From a bacterium (lineage in GTDB: Bacteria; Electryoneota; Electryoneia; Electryoneales; Electryoneaceae), in NCBI GenBank assembly GCA_963669175.1, contig OY769902.1, positions 1,280,001 through 1,344,000 on the forward strand: a stretch of DNA of 64,000 nucleotides, read 5' to 3'. The position numbers and the translations under genes are program-made. The notes under the pieces were generated by a model. It saw nothing but the letters and a program-made list of their open reading frames with translations, ran no database searches and had not been told where the DNA came from. Below, piece by piece: positions 58,155-64,000 of the stretch. How positions within the stretch are numbered: the first letter of the stretch is position 1; each line of letters starts with the position of its first letter.

Positions 58155-58691
58155 CTCTCGTCTCCGCGTTGATCAACCTACATCTACCGGTACCGTGAAG
58201 ATCGGACATTGCCGTACCGTTACGCACCGTCCCTTTAGCCGAAAATACATGGTACACTCTCGAATTACAATTATCAAGACGAGACAAAAGACAAGTCATC
58301 ATAAACCTCCTTTGGAACAAACCGTCCAACTCTCAAATGGAGGCTGAAAATTTTGTGTGACAACAAGCAATTGGGTATAAAAAATGCTAACTTACATTTC
58401 TCAAACAGTTGCTGTGCTGAGCAAAGAAGAAAAAAGATACACTGTACGAATGCTGGCCATCTCTGATTCGGGCTGACATTTTAACGCTTGAGTAATCAGG
58501 TGTTGACTGTGAGTTTCCATTTACAGTAGTTTATGTGTTGCAGAGTCGTGTTTGAACTGGTGTTGGTTGAAGTTTGTACAAGCGTCCCATTTTTGTCTTG
58601 AAAGAACCGGCCTCTTTCACAGAGGTATTCCTTTAGGGTTTCATCAGTAAATGGTGGGAAAAACGCGAAACATAGAAGCAAGGAGAAAAAC

Positions 58692-61600
58692 ATGAGAGTT
58701 GCACGAGTTGTCGGTATGTCATTGCTCGCCGTGATGCTTGGTGTAGTAGTGGCAAGCGCCGGCATGTTTGATCAACTGGACAAGGCATCCTACTATGGCC
58801 TGCTTGACGATGCCAAGCAGATTTATGCCAATGGTGGTTCCTTAACAGACATGCAGTATTCGATTCTCGTCCGCGAAGGCGTCATTCGTGAAGGCACGGA
58901 TGAGCTGGATGAAACAGGCGGTCCTGACGGATACGATTATTACTACATCGACAGTGCCGAAGATGACGGTCCGACCTACTCCTGGATCGACATCTCCGAA
59001 TCCGGCACAGAGATCACCCTCGGTGATGATGAAGCGCAGAGTGTTGCTCTTCCCTTTACCTTCACCTTCTACGACAACGACTACACGTCGGTTTACATCA
59101 GCTCGAATGGTTTGCTTGGTTTCTCGGAATCCAATGTTGACGAGTATACAAATGCGACCATTCCATCCGCTGACGATCCTGACAACTTCTTCGCACCGTA
59201 TTGGGACGACTTTGACCCATCCAGCGGTGGCGACATTTACTACGGTACAACTACCTATAACGACATGGACGCCTTTGTAGTCTCATGGGTAGAGGTGCCG
59301 CCGTATAACGGTACAGCCACACAGTGGGCCACTTTCCAGGGTATTCTGTGCGAAGACGGCAGCATGGTAGCCCAGTACGCAGAGTTCGGCGCCACATGGG
59401 CCGGAACTCCTACGATCGGTACAGAAAATGAAGATGGTACCGATGGCTTGGAATACCGCTACAACACAGAGCCTGAAGCTGGATCAGCGGTCATGTTCTA
59501 TCACGAAGCGCCGGAAGGTGTCAACCTGTACATCACAGATGTAAGCATTGACCCGAATCCTGCTGCTCCCGGTGGCGACATTACCGTTTCAGTCACGGTT
59601 TACAATCATGGTGAAGACGATGCCGGTGAGTTTGATGTTGAACTGTTCGCGGACGAAGACACTGCCCCGGAAATGGGCGATGTCGGCGATTATACCTGGA
59701 CAGTGGAATCCCTGGGCTCCTTTGAATCCACAATATTGACCACAACAGGCAGTTACGACGAGCTGGGCGCCTATGATGTTTACTTCATCGTAAACACGGA
59801 CCAGTCAGTAACAGAACGTGACTACACGGATAACATCACCGGTCCGGTAACAGTCAATGTCGGCCTGCCCGGCGTTTCCGGTCTCGTTGGTGAAGTAAAT
59901 GCTACCGGCCTGGTAACCCTTTCCTGGTTGGAAGCAGGTGAAGTATCCGATTATCCCGGTTTTGAATTTTCACCGGAAGCGAACTGGGAAGTTGATGGTT
60001 CCGTTGCAACCTTTACAGGCACCGAGCTGGCCAACTGGGCCTACGGTTACAATCCTGACGTAGACTACGATGACCATGTCATCGAAGCGAGTGTTGCCCG
60101 TCTCGACGGCAATGCTTCTTCCTCCATTGCCATCTTCACACGTGCCAGTGGCTCGCTGGATGATGAATTCCACGGCTACCTGTTCCTGATGACATCCGGT
60201 GGCTCCTATGGTACTGCCTGGATGGACGGTGAAGGCTTCGGTTGGTTCACCAGTTGGACTGCTACCGATGCGATTAATACAGATCCTGAAGCTGTCAACG
60301 TGATGACTGTTGCCATGGATGGCTATAGCGCCACTTACTACATCAACGGTACGGAAGTAACCAGCTTCACCGATGGAGATGAACTGTTCGCTGATGGCGC
60401 TTTCGGAATCGCGACTCACGACGCCGCAGGTTACGACAACGTCCTTCAGTGGACCGGTTGCTCCATCAACGCGAATGCCGTACTGGCTGCCGCGTTGACC
60501 CATGAAGAAAATGCAGTGGCAGGTTCCGACAGTGATGACAACCTGTTTGTTTCTTCACAGCCAATTCAGAACAACTCCGGCGTGGAGCCCCGCGGCTTCC
60601 TTCGCGGTTTTGGTCTGGACGAACTGGATGAGTTCCTCGGTTACAACGTCTATCGTGATGATGTCATGATCGAAGAAGAAGTTGACGACACCACGACAAC
60701 CGATCAGTTGGAAGCTTTCGGTGAGTATTCCTACTATGTGACTGCCAGCTACACTGAAGGTGAAACTGATCCTTCCAACACAGTCACCATTATCTGGACG
60801 AACCCGGAAGCCGTTTCCGGTAACGTGACAGAGTGTACCGACATGGGCGCGGCCCTTGAAGGTGTGGAAGTCTATGCTGACAACGTCCTGGTTGCCACAA
60901 CAGACGTGAACGGTGATTATGCCGCGGCGATTGATCCGGGCACCTACGACATCACCTTTATGCTGGACGGCTACATTGATACCATCGAGGAAGACTACGT
61001 CGTAACCGGCGCATCCCAAACTCTCGATGCCGTCATGCTGTATCCTGAAGGCGATATCGCGATGACGGATATTGAAATCACCGTGAAGATCGGTGACGAA
61101 GGCGACTCAACAGGTACGGCAGTTGTCACCCTTGGCAACACCGGTTGTGGCCCGCTGAACTACACTGCGATGCTGAACGTGATCGAAACTCCGTACAGCA
61201 ATGGCGCAGTCGCAGCAGCCCATCCCGCCATGAACAACAACACGCCGCTTCGTCGTGTTGGCTCCATCAACCTCGCCGGTGAAAGCGCCCCGGAAATTCG
61301 TCGTGGTCCGGTCGATGTGGCCGCCAATGAACTCGACGAACTGTGGGATCTCTTTGATGGCTTCACCTACGATGTGTCCGGTGACGAGTTCACGGGTGTC
61401 ACTGGCGCGCTGGTCTTGTCCGACAGGCTTATTACCTGTGAATGGGGTTACAACAGCAACTTCGGTTACTACGAAATCGATTTCGAAGGCAACTTCATTG
61501 TCGATACCGACTTCCCGGCCGCTATGCAGGGTGTGCGTGACTTCGAATGGGATGGCACCTACATTTACGGCGCCAACCGAACTGATGGTAGCGTATATCG

Positions 61601-62585
61601 CTGGCTGCCCGGTGAGATGGAAACCTCCTACGAGCTGGTAACAGATGCCGGTACAGCAAATCTGGGTCGTGGTATCGCCTTGGATCCGGCAACCGGTGAC
61701 ATTTACTTGTCTGATTGGGAAGCTCTTGAAAAGCTGACCAACAACGGTGACGGTACTTATACCCGTTCCGACATCACCCTGCCCGCAGGCCCGTCGAGCA
61801 TGTACGGTATCGGTTGGATGCCGAACGAGCCCAACGGCCGTAACCTGATGCTGTTCTGTCAGCTCGATCAGGATGGTGATGATCTGGTCAACGGTACCAT
61901 GTTCTTCATGGCGCCCAACGGTTCCTCCATTGATGATGGCTACATCGTCTATGATGACGATGATGCCGCATCACACATGGCCGGTGGTGTTGCTGTTACC
62001 ACAGCCTACGACACAGGCTGGTACCTGATTGCTACCATGTGCCAGGGATATACCCTTGACCTGTGGGAAGGTTACGAACAGCCCGCGCAGTGGCTCAGCA
62101 TTTCCCCGTCGGAAGGCACCATTGAACCCGACGCCGAAGATGTAGAACTCACGATTACTGCTGACTTCACAGCAGAACATCTTGGCTTTGTTCCTGATTT
62201 CAACGCCGAGATGGGCGCTGGTGAACTTTACATTGATGGCGCAGTCTGGGCAGGCGTTGGCCCGATCAATGTGATCGTGACCCTGACCACCGATGATGTC
62301 GCTGAAAATGATGTCATGCCGTCATCCTACGCGCTGCATCAGAACTACCCGAACCCGTTCAACCCGACCACACAGATCCGGTTTGACCTCGCGCAGCCGG
62401 AAACTGTGAAGCTGTCCGTGTTCAACGTGTTGGGTCAGGAAGTTGTGGTTCTGGCGAACCAGCCGATGCAGGCCGGACGTCATGCACTGAACTTCGATGC
62501 CTCACAGCTCGCAAGCGGTCTGTACTTCTACCGCATCGAAGCCGGTAACTTCACCGACATGAAGAAGATGGTCCTGATGAAATAA
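58692..62585 (+). CDS. Large secreted multidomain surface protein (nidogen-like, CARDB, lectin-like beta-sandwich, FN3, carboxypeptidase-regulatory-like, propeller, PNPFN sorting domain)
   Basis: AAGGAG Shine-Dalgarno and signal peptide. GGPDGYDY, LPFTFTFY...ISSNG...APYWDDF, CARDB-like VTVYNHG...ERDYTDN, C-terminal HQNYPNPFNP...GLYFYRI...KKMVLMK. Domain names are assigned by eye. Confidence 0.85.
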   Translation: MRVARVVGMSLLAVMLGVVVASAGMFDQLDKASYYGLLDDAKQIYANGGSLTDMQYSILVREGVIREGTDELDETGGPDGYDYYYIDSAEDDGPTYSWIDISESGTEITLGDDEAQSVALPFTFTFYDNDYTSVYISSNGLLGFSESNVDEYTNATIPSADDPDNFFAPYWDDFDPSSGGDIYYGTTTYNDMDAFVVSWVEVPPYNGTATQWATFQGILCEDGSMVAQYAEFGATWAGTPTIGTENEDGTDGLEYRYNTEPEAGSAVMFYHEAPEGVNLYITDVSIDPNPAAPGGDITVSVTVYNHGEDDAGEFDVELFADEDTAPEMGDVGDYTWTVESLGSFESTILTTTGSYDELGAYDVYFIVNTDQSVTERDYTDNITGPVTVNVGLPGVSGLVGEVNATGLVTLSWLEAGEVSDYPGFEFSPEANWEVDGSVATFTGTELANWAYGYNPDVDYDDHVIEASVARLDGNASSSIAIFTRASGSLDDEFHGYLFLMTSGGSYGTAWMDGEGFGWFTSWTATDAINTDPEAVNVMTVAMDGYSATYYINGTEVTSFTDGDELFADGAFGIATHDAAGYDNVLQWTGCSINANAVLAAALTHEENAVAGSDSDDNLFVSSQPIQNNSGVEPRGFLRGFGLDELDEFLGYNVYRDDVMIEEEVDDTTTTDQLEAFGEYSYYVTASYTEGETDPSNTVTIIWTNPEAVSGNVTECTDMGAALEGVEVYADNVLVATTDVNGDYAAAIDPGTYDITFMLDGYIDTIEEDYVVTGASQTLDAVMLYPEGDIAMTDIEITVKIGDEGDSTGTAVVTLGNTGCGPLNYTAMLNVIETPYSNGAVAAAHPAMNNNTPLRRVGSINLAGESAPEIRRGPVDVAANELDELWDLFDGFTYDVSGDEFTGVTGALVLSDRLITCEWGYNSNFGYYEIDFEGNFIVDTDFPAAMQGVRDFEWDGTYIYGANRTDGSVYRWLPGEMETSYELVTDAGTANLGRGIALDPATGDIYLSDWEALEKLTNNGDGTYTRSDITLPAGPSSMYGIGWMPNEPNGRNLMLFCQLDQDGDDLVNGTMFFMAPNGSSIDDGYIVYDDDDAASHMAGGVAVTTAYDTGWYLIATMCQGYTLDLWEGYEQPAQWLSISPSEGTIEPDAEDVELTITADFTAEHLGFVPDFNAEMGAGELYIDGAVWAGVGPINVIVTLTTDDVAENDVMPSSYALHQNYPNPFNPTTQIRFDLAQPETVKLSVFNVLGQEVVVLANQPMQAGRHALNFDASQLASGLYFYRIEAGNFTDMKKMVLMK

Positions 62586-62622
62586 CCTGCTCGCAGGTTG
62601 CTTCATCCTGAAGCAAAACTCC

Positions 62623-62655
62623 AACCCGGATCGCTTAGGCGGTCCGGGTTTTTTT
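62623..62655 (+). terminator. Intrinsic terminator
   Basis: AACCCGGATCGC-TTAG-GCGGTCCGGGTT followed by TTTTT. Confidence 0.8.
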
Positions 62656-62740
62656 GGCTGCTCACAAGAATTTGTGCATACCATCGAAGAGCACGTTTCG
62701 TCAGGTCTTGAGGTGATGCCTTTTTCTAGTTTTTCTACGA
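62656..62740. mobile_element. Truncated left end of a family B MITE
   Basis: ggctgctcacaagaatttgtgcata...gtcaggtcttgaggtgatgcc, after which homology stops. Confidence 0.85.
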
Positions 62741-62836
62741 AAGCAAAGGCTGGGTGGCCCGATTTTGCCCTGTGATGATGTTGATGCCTTACTCATAATT
62801 GATGATCTGGAAACCTGGTTGCCTTATTCATCAATA

Positions 62837-63308
62837 GCCCGAATATTTCATGAACGGAACATGGATATTCATCTTAACACAGTTCATATCAACACAATAC
62901 AACTGATTCATACAGCATTTTTCAGGGTACAGTTTGCTCCGGTATCCCTTTGCGTGTCTATTCCCTGTTTCGCTGGCAAAATAGGCTGAGAATCGGCAAC
63001 CGCCCCGGCAGGGGCAACCTGTATTAGCCCCGGGCAGCCGCCGTCAGTTTGGCGGCTACCCGGGGAGATAATGCGCATCATATATTTACTCCGGAAGGAG
63101 TAACCTGATAATTATCAAAAGTATACAGTGGAAATATTCAGGCAACCCGCTGCCGGGGTTGGCAAGTAGCGTACATCCTATTCCCACCGTGAGCGCCAAA
63201 CAGACGGCGCTGGACGGTGGGCTAATACAGAGAACCACTGCCGTGGTTCTTGTACTGGCCATTCCATCAAATACCAAATTTGAAATTGCATTGGTGAAAT
63301 ATTCGGGA
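62837..63308. mobile_element. TA-flanked MITE of about 470 bp, second copy, nested in a family F element (62752-63337)
   Basis: Reverse complement of 8022-8491. TA at 62835-62836 and 63309-63310. Confidence 0.9.
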
Positions 63309-63373
63309 TAGTTGATGGGCAAAGTCGGGATTGTGACAAGTTTTCTTTTCCGTCTACGTTCATCGCCTGTTGG

Positions 63374-63466
63374 TTGTGCGATCCCTTCGGGATCGGGAAG
63401 GGGGGAGCAGAATTGTTCTCCCGGCGCTTACGCACCGCGCTATTCAAGGGTCACCTCTTCGAGGTG
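63374..63466. repeat. Multi-hairpin REP-like element (reverse of 30318-30407)
   Basis: TTGTGCGATCCCTTCGGGATCG...GCTTACGCACCGCGCTATTCAAG..CACCTCTTCGAGGTG. Confidence 0.8.
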
Positions 63467-63624
63467 TATTGTCTTTCGAATTCGAAAGTAGCCCAATACC
63501 TACGCACAGATATTACCAAACACTACGCTCGAAAATAGCCATATTTTTCGCTCGAACATTGCCAAACTAAAAGAAACCCCGCTCAACAAGTTGAACAGGG
63601 TTGAAAAGTCGGTTCTTTTCCTTT

Positions 63625-64000
63625 TCAGATAATCGTATCCCTCGCTTCCAGGAATTCATCCGGGCCGGGGTAGTCGGTGGTGAAATGGAGCCCACGGCTT
63701 TCCTTACGCATCAGGGCGCATTCGACCACCAGTTTGGCGACCTGGGCCATGTTCCGCATCTCGACCAGCTCCGGGCCTACCACCGTCCGCTGCCAGTAGT
63801 CTTCCACTTCCGCCGTAATCAGGTCCAGCCTGCGTTTGGCACGGATCAGGCGGTGGTTTGAACGGACGATACCGACATAATAGCCCATCAGCTTCTGGAC
63901 TTCCTTACGGTCGTAAGAAATCAGGCCCCATTCTTCCGGATCGTAGGTGCCGGAGTCATCCCACACCGGGATATCCGGAAGAGTTTCGCCTTCATTTTCT
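63625..64000 (-). CDS. nadB: L-aspartate oxidase, C-terminal part (5' end outside the window)
   Basis: YVGIVRSNHRLIRAKRRL, ELVEMRNMAQVA...CALMRKESRGLHFTTDYP. Confidence 0.9.
   Translation of the reverse strand, partial: ENEGETLPDIPVWDDSGTYDPEEWGLISYDRKEVQKLMGYYVGIVRSNHRLIRAKRRLDLITAEVEDYWQRTVVGPELVEMRNMAQVAKLVVECALMRKESRGLHFTTDYPGPDEFLEARDTII

Overview
Bacterial chromosomal window of moderate GC. Several secreted proteins end in a PNPFN-type C-terminal sorting domain, which suggests an FCB-superphylum lineage (inference). Housekeeping genes: miaA (5'-truncated), malQ, uvrA, tRNA-Ser(GCT), lysS, alr and nadB (only the 3' end is in the window). Accessory loci: a metal-uptake unit (RGPP-ended His-rich leader ORF, His-rich lipoprotein, ZnuD-like TonB receptor); a 19-CxxCH multiheme cytochrome c/cytochrome b fusion; a MarR-OMF-MFP-RND efflux operon; a two-component pair; two sigma54 response regulators, one with Asp replaced by Glu in the receiver; a PHP-GT4/GMC/SDR operon; tectonin, ankyrin and FG-GAP repeat proteins; and an AT-rich patch next to an orphan DnaB-like helicase. 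Two signals stand out. (1) An ELDE tetrapeptide sits at the propeptide/mature junction of an S8 protease and at four other domain junctions in two large secreted proteins, a candidate proprotein-processing system. (2) The intergenic DNA holds many non-autonomous repeats: four-box elements of fixed length, two MITE families carrying REP-like cargo and inserted inside other repeats, and tandem amplification of element ends. No transposase gene and no CRISPR array were seen in the window. All counts and alignments were done by eye.
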